64,000 nt of DNA from a virus. Its lineage: Duplodnaviria > Caudoviricetes. The stretch is from positions 1-64,000 of IMG/VR virus record IMGVR_UViG_3300005076_000002. One strand, 5' to 3'. The notes under the pieces are model-generated. The model did no database searches. It was given only the letters and a program-made list of their open reading frames with translations, and was not told where the DNA came from. Numbering within the stretch: position 1 is the stretch's first letter; each line of letters opens with the position of its first letter. Both the position numbers and the translations under genes were made by a program. Shown here one piece after another: positions 17,706-27,067 of this stretch.

Positions 17706-18110
17706 ATGAGGCAGATCATTCTTTTAGTGTTGGTTCTTTCGCTGTCTAGTTGTGTTGTACAGGAACGCATCGAGCAGGATAAGTCCGAATACGAGATCAA
17801 ATACACGAAAGACTATGTAAATGAACTCAACTGGTACATGCTCTACATGTTCTCTGTCACAAAGTCTGTAAATGAATACGCATTGCAGCACGGCTGGACA
17901 CCGCCTAAAGCACCGCCGATCTGTCGAATGATAGAATGGCCTAACCTTCCGCCACTGCCCCAGTTTAAACCATCGTACGATCGTAAGAATCCGCGGTCGT
18001 TTGAAATTGAACTGGGGAACTATGTGATGGCGGTTAAGCGTGCGTATCAAGAAGGAGCTGTGGGCTTGAAAGAGTCTGAGAAATCACAACGTAAGCTCTG
18101 CTTATACTAA
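17706..18110 (+). CDS. Putative outer-membrane spanin lipoprotein (Rz1-like)
   Basis: Signal peptide with lipobox LSS|C; Pro-rich PPKAPPIC..PNLPPLP segment. Confidence 0.65.
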   Translation: MRQIILLVLVLSLSSCVVQERIEQDKSEYEIKYTKDYVNELNWYMLYMFSVTKSVNEYALQHGWTPPKAPPICRMIEWPNLPPLPQFKPSYDRKNPRSFEIELGNYVMAVKRAYQEGAVGLKESEKSQRKLCLY

Positions 18111-18146
18111 ACCCGAGGAGCCGAAAGGCTCCTTTGGTTTTTTTAT
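18110..18146 (+). terminator. Intrinsic terminator
   Basis: GAGGAGCC-GAAA-GGCTCCTT followed by a T-tract. Confidence 0.75.
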
Positions 18147-18188
18147 TACGCTGGTAGCTATGTTATAGCAAACCCATGGAGAAAATAG

Positions 18189-18848
18189 ATGAACATTATT
18201 CCTAAATACGCCGGCGGCTTGGATATTGAAACCAAGGGCACTAAGATTAACTGCAAAATCCTGAGCGTATCCGTTTCGCTTTTTGAAGTAGCCACCATGC
18301 GGCCAGTGGGTCAGTTCAACGAATTCTGCCACCCTAACGATGAGACCCAGCGTAACCGCACCGAAGATACTCGTACGCTGGACTGGTGGGCTAACCCTGC
18401 ATGGGATCCCAATGGTCCGACTGCTGAATGTCGTGCAATTACATTCGGCGGGAAGCGCACGCTCTTTGACGTGCTCTCCGATTTGGAGACGTGGTTGCGC
18501 AGCTTCGACGTTACATTTGATCAATTGGTGATGTCGTGTAAAGGCCCGGACTTTGATTTCGTTATTCTCGATGACGCAATCAAGATGTTCAACATGCGTC
18601 ACTTCCGTCTGTATGCTCGTCAGATGGATTCTACTCGCACCATCGAACGTTTCCAGACTATTCTGAATATGCCAGCTGTAAGTAAGGAGCTCCTTGATAA
18701 ACTGTCTCCCTACGGCAAACATATCCCCCATACCTCAATCTGCGATGCCAACTTAGAAGGTTGGGAAGCCGCTCGTATGTTCCACGTTTTGGGCAACATC
18801 TCTAGCGCCATCGAGATTTCCGAATTCCTGCCACCCGAGGTCGTGTAA
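18189..18848 (+). CDS. DEDDh 3'-5' exonuclease (RNase AS / exo VIII-N-like)
   Basis: ExoI LDIET, ExoII KGPDFD, ExoIII HTSICD. Confidence 0.8.
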   Translation: MNIIPKYAGGLDIETKGTKINCKILSVSVSLFEVATMRPVGQFNEFCHPNDETQRNRTEDTRTLDWWANPAWDPNGPTAECRAITFGGKRTLFDVLSDLETWLRSFDVTFDQLVMSCKGPDFDFVILDDAIKMFNMRHFRLYARQMDSTRTIERFQTILNMPAVSKELLDKLSPYGKHIPHTSICDANLEGWEAARMFHVLGNISSAIEISEFLPPEVV

Positions 18849-20455
18849 TGGCTAAGAAGTCTTTTAAATATGCCGTCGTTTATTCTGACGGTGGTTATCA
18901 GTCAGAAGAAAACTTTTCTGGCGCTGGGCTGGGACTGCATGGCTACTGTTTCGATACACTCGAAGGTTGTCGTATTGCTAAAGTACCGGCATTGGTTACG
19001 CCTGCTGGCTATCAACCCAAGGCTACCGGGGCACAGCTTAAGGATGAGGCCTACGATCCCGAGTACAGCGCTATGGGTATCTCGGTTAAACTTATGGCTC
19101 CTATCATCAAGGAGCATCCCGACGGATTGCTGTTCGATGCATGGCTGGGCTTGGGTAACGTAACGGCTCAACGCGCTGAGCTGGAAGCTTTCCTTATCAT
19201 CTTCAACAACGAACAGTTCGAAGCCGAGAAGTACAACATCTTCAGCGACAGCATGTATCTGGTTAAGGGCTACCTTAAGCAAATGGACGGCTGGGTCACC
19301 AACAAGTGGCGTAAGGCTGACGGTGAGGAAGTGAAGAACCGTGATCTGTGGGAGAAGATCATCGAAGTACGGGATAAGTTTGGCGACCGCATCACGCTTC
19401 AACACATCAAGGCTCACGCCGGTCATCTCGGCAATGAACTGGCCGACCGTAATGCTACGTTCGGTCTGGTTAGTTCTATCTTTGCTGCTCAGACCAAAAC
19501 TGAGGCGGAGTTGGCATGGCATTGGGACTTGCTGTCCAATAAGCAATATTGGGAACCTGAAAAGAACATCCCTGAGCTGATGCGTACCAAATGGGTGTAC
19601 AGTCTTACCGGTCAAGAGCGTCCTACGCACAACATCAACGGTAAAGACCTCTACATGTACTTCCACGGCGATCATGGTGAGTCGGCTGACCCTGAGCTGG
19701 CTGGGAAGAAGGATCCGGCAGCGGGCTTCTCATTGCTTTATACGCCGAATAAGGTGGGGGTGGTTGAGAACGCACTTAAACACCATACCGAGAACATGTG
19801 GGAACATTCCAACATCATGTATAAGTCTGACGTCATTGCACTGGTGAACGTCTCGACTATCGGCACGCCGAAGATGATGTGGGAAACCGCTGTGGCTGGC
19901 TTTAAGGCGATGTGGCTGCGCGACCATCGTAATGACGTGATGACTATCAAGAAAGCCATCGTATCTAAGATGCTGCGTCCGCCGCGCCTTAGCTATCGAC
20001 TGCTTGACGAAGAAGCTATCGCGCACGATGTCATGCGGTCGTTCTTGAAGTTGAAGGGTATTCCGTTTGAAGGCGATAAAGACTTCCACGAATACAGTTT
20101 GACTATCAACGAACTCACCGACAAGTTCTACGAGACGCCAGTGCTCAAAGATAACAAACTCGGCGCTACGAAACTGACGGACTTTTACGATCAAGTATCG
20201 AAGGCTATCACCATCCACGCTGAGAACCACGTTACGAGTAAGCCGCTTAAGCTTATTCTGACCCGCGGTATTGATTTGCCCACACGGAACCTGATGAGTA
20301 GTATTGCCGGGGATACTCCGAAGGTTTATGTAGTGACATGGCCGTTCTCGAAAACCGTGTTCCATTACGCAACCATTATCCTCACTGATACCGAATACAG
20401 TATCTGGACTGGGGCTTATTCCAACAAGCGTTACGTGTTACCTGAAGAGATGTAA
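18848..20455 (+). CDS. rnhA: Ribonuclease HI with C-terminal extension (phiKZ gp155-like)
   Basis: YSDGG, AELEA, SDSMY, KNRDLW, HIKAHAGHLGNELAD. Confidence 0.9.
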   Translation: MAKKSFKYAVVYSDGGYQSEENFSGAGLGLHGYCFDTLEGCRIAKVPALVTPAGYQPKATGAQLKDEAYDPEYSAMGISVKLMAPIIKEHPDGLLFDAWLGLGNVTAQRAELEAFLIIFNNEQFEAEKYNIFSDSMYLVKGYLKQMDGWVTNKWRKADGEEVKNRDLWEKIIEVRDKFGDRITLQHIKAHAGHLGNELADRNATFGLVSSIFAAQTKTEAELAWHWDLLSNKQYWEPEKNIPELMRTKWVYSLTGQERPTHNINGKDLYMYFHGDHGESADPELAGKKDPAAGFSLLYTPNKVGVVENALKHHTENMWEHSNIMYKSDVIALVNVSTIGTPKMMWETAVAGFKAMWLRDHRNDVMTIKKAIVSKMLRPPRLSYRLLDEEAIAHDVMRSFLKLKGIPFEGDKDFHEYSLTINELTDKFYETPVLKDNKLGATKLTDFYDQVSKAITIHAENHVTSKPLKLILTRGIDLPTRNLMSSIAGDTPKVYVVTWPFSKTVFHYATIILTDTEYSIWTGAYSNKRYVLPEEM

Positions 20456-20485
20456 AAATGTTACGGGCATATATCATCTAGGTGA
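20454..20485 (+). promoter_or_regulatory. Phage early promoter
   Basis: AAAAATGTTACGGGCATATATCATCTAGGTGA, a copy of the repeated motif. Confidence 0.65.
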
Positions 20486-20513
20486 TGTGTGCCTAGTAAC
20501 AACGGAGCTTTTA

Positions 20514-20609
20514 ATGTTTGGTAATTTTGAAGAACAGTTTAAACGTGTATTCGGCGACAATGGGAGTAAGAAAGACGAGCCCGTAAAGGAGCCGGAAGAA
20601 AACAAATAA
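20514..20609 (+). CDS. Small protein, 31 aa (not in the ORF track)
   Basis: SD GGAG then MFGNFEEQFKRVFGDNGSKKDEPVKEPEENK; first ORF after the early promoter. Confidence 0.55.
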   Translation: MFGNFEEQFKRVFGDNGSKKDEPVKEPEENK

Positions 20610-20621
20610 AGGGAGGCAACT

Positions 20622-20948
20622 ATGCCCGCTACGGGATTGGCTATCGACATTAACGAAGTTGAGCGCGAGGCGCTCCATGTGCAGTTGGTTGAAGTGATGA
20701 GTGAATCCTCATCGGAAGCAACAATCAGCATGCTCATGTTTGCAGTACCTGACTTGCAAGACTGCGACCAATTTGATGTCGATTGGTCTGAAGCACTGGA
20801 GTATCACACAAACGTTGTCATTGAGCGAGCGGCGGAAGCTGCGCGCTACATTAACCGCACTTATGTGGAGAGAACGTTAATTACGACGGGCATGGTGGTC
20901 AGAGCAATACACGCGGCTCTGGGTAAAAAAATATGCGAGTTCTTTTAG
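20622..20948 (+). CDS. Hypothetical acidic protein
   Basis: 108 aa, SD GGAGG. Confidence 0.7.
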   Translation: MPATGLAIDINEVEREALHVQLVEVMSESSSEATISMLMFAVPDLQDCDQFDVDWSEALEYHTNVVIERAAEAARYINRTYVERTLITTGMVVRAIHAALGKKICEFF

Positions 20949-21457
20949 ATCCGTCAGAAGAAACCATGGCGTCCCTACGGACGTCATGGAAAGCTATTAT
21001 GGCTGCCGGCTTTGAATACACGTCACAGTTAATGCAACGTACGGTTCGTGATTGTCTCTGGGAGGTTATTGAGAATGCGGCATTAGCCACACATGCAAAC
21101 CAGTACGAGCAGGACGAGTATTTCGAGGATGTAGTATCAATCATCGTGTCCGACTGGGGTGAGACGGCTGACATGATCGAGAGTCTCCAGCTTGAAATGA
21201 ACCATCTCATCGAGATGGATACAGAGCTTGGTAAACGGATACTGGATAGAGCAGACCACTACGACTGGGAATCTGATCTACCGGATATGTTTGCTGAAGT
21301 TGTGCTCTCTTTCATGCCGGTTATCGATGTAGTCATTCCAGCAGCCACAGACATAGCCGATACCTTAACGAAGATAGGTATTGATCCGCAGCGGTTAGAG
21401 ATGCTTCAATTCGATCGGACGGGACGCTACTTAGTGGCCGAACTCTCTGACGATTGA
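20933..21457 (+). CDS. Hypothetical highly acidic protein
   Basis: 174 aa, about 36 D/E versus about 12 K/R by hand count. Confidence 0.7.
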   Translation: MRVLLDPSEETMASLRTSWKAIMAAGFEYTSQLMQRTVRDCLWEVIENAALATHANQYEQDEYFEDVVSIIVSDWGETADMIESLQLEMNHLIEMDTELGKRILDRADHYDWESDLPDMFAEVVLSFMPVIDVVIPAATDIADTLTKIGIDPQRLEMLQFDRTGRYLVAELSDD

Positions 21458-21461
21458 GGCA

Positions 21462-21497
21462 TAAAAAGCGGAGGGCCAACGCCCTCCCTTTTTTATT
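21462..21497. terminator. Bidirectional terminator
   Basis: AAAAAGCGGAGGGC-CAAC-GCCCTCCCTTTTTT between convergent genes. Confidence 0.8.
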
Positions 21498-22368
21498 TGA
21501 TTTTGCTCAGGTCTTTCATTTTTTTGTTGTTGTCAGTCAGTGCCTGACGCAACACGGCGATCTGACGAATGTAGACTGCGAAGAACTCCACCCACAGGGC
21601 GCAGGAACGCAGGAGGCCGGAGATCTCTTTACTGATGATCTCATGCATCTCGCCATAGATGTGGTCGTCACGCATTGCGATGACCAGCTGTTCTGCCAGT
21701 TCGAAAATGCGTTCGGAGGTTTCAGCCACGCCATTAATAGACTGACCTTTACCCACGATAGAGTTCTCGAGCTTGGTCATTGCGGCATATGCAGTTGCCA
21801 CATCTTCGTTCCGGCTATAGAGTTTCCCGAACGGTGCCATATCGCTATGAGCATTCTTCTCGAAGCAGTTGCCGATGGGAACACTCAGTTTATCAACTGA
21901 CATGTTCAGGAACGCCGAGTTGATCTTACGGCCGGAGGCTGACTTGAGGAAGCTCGGGTTGTTCAACAGCGTAGCGAGCAGGTCAGCTACGGGTTTGAGC
22001 AACTCATTTTCCAGACGTGCCATGTAGGGTGCGGTATTTTCGAGTATTGCGATGTACTCGAGTACCGGCACTTTCAGGCCGACAGGGCAGTAGAATTTTA
22101 CAGGCTTGAGATCCATATAGCTGGAACGTGCCAGCCATTCCCGTGCGCCGGTCTCGATAGGCGGTGTGGGCGTGAAGCCATAGCGTTCTTCACCCGGCAG
22201 GATCTCTACGATGCGGGCACGCAGTGCAGCGAAGCCTGCGTTGTTGTAGGCGCGAGAAAACGCATCGGCAATCAGTCGAGCAGATTTGTTCTCACCAATA
22301 GCGGACAGAAAACTCTCCATCCCAGCACCTTGGTCGTAGGCCGGAAGGATTTCATCAAGTGTAGGCAT
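21493..22368 (-). CDS. Virion head protein (phiKZ gp153-like), protease-processed
   Basis: Short acidic propeptide ending in AGME|S; divergent from uvsX as in phiKZ. Confidence 0.6.
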   Translation of the reverse strand: MPTLDEILPAYDQGAGMESFLSAIGENKSARLIADAFSRAYNNAGFAALRARIVEILPGEERYGFTPTPPIETGAREWLARSSYMDLKPVKFYCPVGLKVPVLEYIAILENTAPYMARLENELLKPVADLLATLLNNPSFLKSASGRKINSAFLNMSVDKLSVPIGNCFEKNAHSDMAPFGKLYSRNEDVATAYAAMTKLENSIVGKGQSINGVAETSERIFELAEQLVIAMRDDHIYGEMHEIISKEISGLLRSCALWVEFFAVYIRQIAVLRQALTDNNKKMKDLSKIK

Positions 22369-22442
22369 GGCGGATTCCTATTAAAAAATACCAGTGTTGG
22401 TATTATTTTGAACATACCCCATAGTCAGAGGAGCATCATTAA

Positions 22443-23912
22443 ATGGCTGGACCAGGCAATTCTAAACGCGCGAACAGTGTGCGTCCCGCGTTGAACATAT
22501 TTAGCCTGCTCGACCATCAGACTGGACGATACCTGCGCGGTAAGCACGGCGCATGGTATCTCAATGGAGGCTATCACCATATCATGGGCTGGGCAGGTCG
22601 CGGGAATACCTTCAAAACCGCTATCTCTGCCTATACCAGTTTGGCGGCGGCTATCCGTTACAATCTGGAGTGGTTTGAGTTCTTCGATACTGAAATGTCG
22701 TTTAGCTTTGTGGAGCGTATGCAAGAGTTTATGCGTCGCATCCCCGAAGCCAAGGGCAAGACAGTACAAGAGTACATCATGGAAAACCGCTGGAACTACA
22801 CTACCCTGGCTGAACAGCTTGGTGACGTGTGGTGGTATGATCTGCGTCAAACCGCAGCAGAGCGTGCCAAGACCAAGGACAACAAAAAGCGTGTCACTCC
22901 GTTCAAGGAGCTCGATGGCACTTATTGTGCGGTCGTTGACCCGTGGATGTTCATGGTTGACTCTCTCACCGAGATGAAAATCACCTCGATCGAGAACCTG
23001 CATGACAAGGCAGAAGTAGGTCAGGCAGAGCTGAACGTTGAAGCTATGCGTGCCGGCGCTGCTAAGTCGCAGATGATGGGTCAGATGGCCATCACCAACG
23101 AAGTGGGTAACTACTACGTATCTCTTACCGCACATGCCGGTGATGAGATCAAGATGGACCAATACAGCCCGTCTCACAAGAAACTGGCCGGTCTCAAGGG
23201 CGACCTCAAACTCAAGGGCATCCCTGAGAAATTCACCTTCGCAGCTAACAACTGCTACATCGCGACCTCTACCGGTCCGCTTCTCAACAAGTCTACCAAG
23301 CTTCCTCAGTTCCCTCACCCGGACAAGCCGGAAGTGGTTGGCGATACCGACCTGCAAATCGTACGCTACGAGCAGCTGCGTGGTAAGTCTGGTCCTACTG
23401 GTATCGTACTCGACCTGGTCTTCTCTCAAGCAGAAGGTCTGCTGGTTGGCGTTACCGAGTTCTACTACATCCTCGAGATGTGCAAGGGCTTCGGTCTGGA
23501 GATCAAAGGTAACAACCAAGGTTTCCGTCTCAACCTGTATCCTGAGCTGTACTTCACTCGTAAAGAAATCCGTACTCTGCTCGACACGGATCCGAAGTTC
23601 GCTCGCGCTGTATCCATCACTGCCGCGATGGCCTACATGCACTACAACTGGTTCACCATGCCGCCGGAGCTCAAGCCGAACATGGTTGACCTGTACAACA
23701 ACATCAAAGACCAAGGTTACGACTGGAATGAAATCCTGGCCGATACCGTCGAATACTGGTACTTCGATGACTGTGCCAAGCACATCGGCAAACCTACGCT
23801 CACGGCACGTACGCTGCTCGATATGAACATCGGCAAGCATGTGGCTACCTATCTCAAGACCCATCCGTCCAAAGAAGCTGCAAAAGAGTTTGCAGCCAAG
23901 CTGGCGGCCTAA
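22443..23912 (+). CDS. uvsX: UvsX/RecA-like recombinase (phiKZ gp152-like)
   Basis: Walker A GRGNTFKT, FDTE, Walker B MVDS, RGKSGPTG. Confidence 0.85.
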   Translation: MAGPGNSKRANSVRPALNIFSLLDHQTGRYLRGKHGAWYLNGGYHHIMGWAGRGNTFKTAISAYTSLAAAIRYNLEWFEFFDTEMSFSFVERMQEFMRRIPEAKGKTVQEYIMENRWNYTTLAEQLGDVWWYDLRQTAAERAKTKDNKKRVTPFKELDGTYCAVVDPWMFMVDSLTEMKITSIENLHDKAEVGQAELNVEAMRAGAAKSQMMGQMAITNEVGNYYVSLTAHAGDEIKMDQYSPSHKKLAGLKGDLKLKGIPEKFTFAANNCYIATSTGPLLNKSTKLPQFPHPDKPEVVGDTDLQIVRYEQLRGKSGPTGIVLDLVFSQAEGLLVGVTEFYYILEMCKGFGLEIKGNNQGFRLNLYPELYFTRKEIRTLLDTDPKFARAVSITAAMAYMHYNWFTMPPELKPNMVDLYNNIKDQGYDWNEILADTVEYWYFDDCAKHIGKPTLTARTLLDMNIGKHVATYLKTHPSKEAAKEFAAKLAA

Positions 23913-23949
23913 TTAAAGGAGGGCGGGAGGAAACTCCCGTCCTATTGCT

Positions 23950-24291
23950 ATGAACAATCTACAAATTGAAAAGAAGCTGATGACTGCTATCGACGATACT
24001 CTTACCGAAGGGGCTGCACGCTCTATTCGTCGTAGCCTTCAAGTAGTCTTCGTACGGATTAAGCAAAATGCAACTGAGCCCGCTTGGGACAGTGTCATGG
24101 ATTCTGTGAATGCGGCACTGAACATCTGGCTTACCAACAACACCCCTGCAACTCGCGAACAAGCGGCAGTACGTGCAAGGCACTTCCTGACCACAGTGGA
24201 CGATATCAACCAGATCAAATACTGGATTGCCGATATCCGCAAACATGTTCTGCCTGTGATACAGGAATTTCACGATTATCCTCGGAGATAA
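23950..24291 (+). CDS. Hypothetical protein
   Basis: 113 aa ORF in the co-oriented operon. Confidence 0.65.
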   Translation: MNNLQIEKKLMTAIDDTLTEGAARSIRRSLQVVFVRIKQNATEPAWDSVMDSVNAALNIWLTNNTPATREQAAVRARHFLTTVDDINQIKYWIADIRKHVLPVIQEFHDYPRR

Positions 24292-24296
24292 TTTCC

Positions 24297-24791
24297 ATGG
24301 TCAACCCTCTATTTGATAAAATGATCGAATCGCTAAAAGCCGGTTCGTTCTTTTTGCATTCTATTTCAGATCTTGCTATTCAGCGGTTAGAGGGCCTTGA
24401 TCGAACTCAACCTGTTAACATTCTGATCACTGGCGATCGCGATATTTACGATACCGCAGTGATCATGCGAAACCTTGTTTCTTTTTTGCGGTACTTTGAG
24501 GATCGATCTGACTTCCGAATCCTGACTGGCGACCGTAAAGGTGTCGAAGCGGTGGTTCGAAAGGCTGTAAAAGCTAATGGGTTAGATCACTATATCTTCA
24601 GTACCGAAGATGATGATTGGAGAGAAGACAGCGTAACTAAAGCGATAAAGCGCGATCACGCTATGTTAAAGCGGGCGGATGTAGTTTTCATCATAACTCA
24701 CGGCAACGTAAAAGAGACTGATTTTATGTATCGTCGTGCTCGAGAGGACGGCCTTGTCGTGTCGAAGAGAAACATTCGGAGAGTTACATGA
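24297..24791 (+). CDS. SLOG-superfamily (YspA/DUF2493-like) protein
   Basis: Start ATG 24297 after GGAG; ILITGDRD..D, ILTGDRKGVE, RDHAML..AD.V match the SLOG GxR / GGAxGAD / RNxxM pattern. Confidence 0.6.
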   Translation: MVNPLFDKMIESLKAGSFFLHSISDLAIQRLEGLDRTQPVNILITGDRDIYDTAVIMRNLVSFLRYFEDRSDFRILTGDRKGVEAVVRKAVKANGLDHYIFSTEDDDWREDSVTKAIKRDHAMLKRADVVFIITHGNVKETDFMYRRAREDGLVVSKRNIRRVT

Positions 24792-25450
24792 AACCTGAAA
24801 CCCGCAAGATGATAGAAGCCTTCATCATCAAATACGTTAACAAGATTGACGTATCTGGTGAGAACGGTCGTTTTTATGCTGAGCGCTTTAAAACGATGAC
24901 CGATAAAGACATCGAAAAGTTGATCAGTGATCGTCTCCCGATCTTTATGCCCAATGGGTGGAAGGTAAAGATCGACCATTACAAGAATATCGAGATCGGT
25001 CGAGAGCTCGGTTATGAGTTCCGCCAACATCTGTGGCTTACCGATCCACGCACCGGCGTTTGTGGCAAGACCAAGTTCAAACACATGATCCTGGAATTGC
25101 CTGTCCGTAGACAGTCCCAGATGATCGATAAGAAGATTTCTATCCCCGAGCATAGCCGTACCATCGACAAGATGACCGGGCAGGTCGTAGGGCCTTCCAA
25201 GGGCTCTAGCTTCTCATTCCCTCAAACCTACGTTCTGTACGGTAAAGGCTATGACAATACCCTGCGTGAATTCCTGGTAGCGCGGGGCGGTGATATTAAA
25301 GCAGGTCAGGTTATCGATCGTAATATTCGTGCCACTGGGCGCAGTAGCCTTAAGTTTGAAGGCAGCGATCGTACCCGAGTTAAATCCACTCAGTCGACTG
25401 GTGTTATATTCCAATCGATGCACCTTGGCTCTAACTTGATAAGGCAGTAA
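24788..25450 (+). CDS. rpoB: Virion RNA polymerase beta subunit, C-terminal fragment (phiKZ gp149-like)
   Basis: LTDPRTG, RRQSQMIDKKISIP, IDKMTGQ..G.SKG, RGGD; correspond to the beta C-terminal region. Confidence 0.75.
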   Translation: MKPETRKMIEAFIIKYVNKIDVSGENGRFYAERFKTMTDKDIEKLISDRLPIFMPNGWKVKIDHYKNIEIGRELGYEFRQHLWLTDPRTGVCGKTKFKHMILELPVRRQSQMIDKKISIPEHSRTIDKMTGQVVGPSKGSSFSFPQTYVLYGKGYDNTLREFLVARGGDIKAGQVIDRNIRATGRSSLKFEGSDRTRVKSTQSTGVIFQSMHLGSNLIRQ

Positions 25451-25452
25451 GC

Positions 25453-25944
25453 ATGAACGTGTTTAATGAAGCAGTACGTATTGCCCATGACGAAATGGCG
25501 TGGGTAATTAAGCAGGCGCTTGATAATAGCGGCTCCGAGGAGGCTATGGCGGTCTACCGCAAGTTTGCGACGTTCTTCGCCCGCGATCCGTTTTTGCTTG
25601 CGCAACGTGTCGAGCAAGAAGATATCCGCAATACCCTGCTCAACCCTGAGAACCTCGCGGATGCTAAGATGCTCTTTGAGATGTCCATTAACCTGCGCTC
25701 GGCTATCGAGGGCGTAGAAGAGGGCGGTTGGGAAAAAGTTGGCGCTACGATCAATCGCACGTTGAGTATGCTGACTAGCACCGAACTGCTCAGTGATGAC
25801 GTCGTAGACCGCATGGAAATAAACATCTGCGAAAACCTCGTCTTTCAGACCATGGCGTTACTTTACTACGCCGCTCGGCTTTATAATGTCGCTTTGACGT
25901 CGGGAGGACATGGCGTTGAAACTAAATCAGAACGTAATAGTTGA
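25453..25944 (+). CDS. Hypothetical protein
   Basis: 163 aa, within the operon. Confidence 0.65.
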   Translation: MNVFNEAVRIAHDEMAWVIKQALDNSGSEEAMAVYRKFATFFARDPFLLAQRVEQEDIRNTLLNPENLADAKMLFEMSINLRSAIEGVEEGGWEKVGATINRTLSMLTSTELLSDDVVDRMEINICENLVFQTMALLYYAARLYNVALTSGGHGVETKSERNS

Positions 25945-26628
25945 TTTAGACTGCCTGATAGACACGCGCTATGGCCTGCTCTATCAGTGCTGGGGTGGGC
26001 GAGTTAATGCGGTGGATATGCAGAAATACTGCGAGCGAAAGACGTCTCGAGTATGGGAGCACTTTGGTGTGCTCGAGGAGGAGTGGAAGGCTGCGTATGC
26101 AAAGCGTAGTGTTGAGACCCTGCTTAAGTCTGCTCCGACGTTGATGTCGGTCTATCTTCAGAACATTCTGACGCCGGCTATTATGCAGGCTATGAGTTGA
26201 GTTCACCCATTCACAATAAACCCACGTTGACCGTTAACTACTACCCATATCGTCTGGAAGAGTGGGAGGCAGAAGACGTTAAAGCGTCAGTTCAGGAGTT
26301 CGTCGGTAAGGACGTAAGCGTCAAATGCGTTTACATCCCCACTTCTGAGCTCACCCCTGAAATGATCAAGCGAGAGTTCAACGGATGGATTCTTTATGAT
26401 CTGCTTGAGTGGCTGACGATGCATAATGAGGCATTGGCCAAAACGCCAATGCCTGATGTTACGTTTTTTATACCGTCAGTGATCAATGTCGGAGATGAGA
26501 ATTCGGAAGAAGTCAACATTCAAGGTGAGGGTAGTCCATTCAGTGTGTTGAAAGCATCACTGTCTGAATTTGTACTCATCGATGCAATTGACGTCAAGCT
26601 ATACTCTATTCCTCATCAACCCCTTTAA
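25910..26628 (+). pseudogene. Conserved phiKZ-like protein (VDLDxLxDTR N-terminus) split by a 5-bp duplication
   Basis: ORFs 25910-26200 and 26197-26628 fuse in frame if one copy of the tandem TGAGT (26193-26202) is removed. Confidence 0.65.
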
Positions 26629-27055
26629 AGTGGGCACGACCTTCGGCTTGGATGGCATTGATATCCACCTGCGTACCAACTTCCTCGTAGATAGACTCGG
26701 GGATAGCGTAGGTTGGCAATTTGTCACCAACTGCCTTAGGTCCCTCACCGTTACCGGAAGGAGCTTCGCCGTTGTGTCTTGTCGGTGATTGACGTGCCAT
26801 GATACGCTCGAGCGTTTGAGCGGCAATACGATCGGTTTCTGCGTTGGCAGTATCGATGACCAGTTTCTTCTTGGTGTGTTCGGATTTGTCCGAATCCTTC
26901 AGAAGGGCAACTAGCATATAAACACTGTCTTTGTCAGTGGGGATACGCCTAGCACCGGAACTGTCGGTAATCTGCGCAGTAATAAGATCATGACGTATGA
27001 TCTGGTTAAGTTCTAAACGCTCATCACCGTTGAGCTGCGAGAAGTCTTTTTCCAT
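26606..27055 (-). CDS. Hypothetical protein (conserved phiKZ-like)
   Basis: 149 aa, SD GGAG on the minus strand. Confidence 0.7.
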   Translation of the reverse strand: MEKDFSQLNGDERLELNQIIRHDLITAQITDSSGARRIPTDKDSVYMLVALLKDSDKSEHTKKKLVIDTANAETDRIAAQTLERIMARQSPTRHNGEAPSGNGEGPKAVGDKLPTYAIPESIYEEVGTQVDINAIQAEGRAHFKGVDEE

Positions 27056-27067
27056 AGGAGTTACTCC

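Noticed and set aside
22425-23864. 479-aa - strand ORF
   Set aside because: Shadow of uvsX
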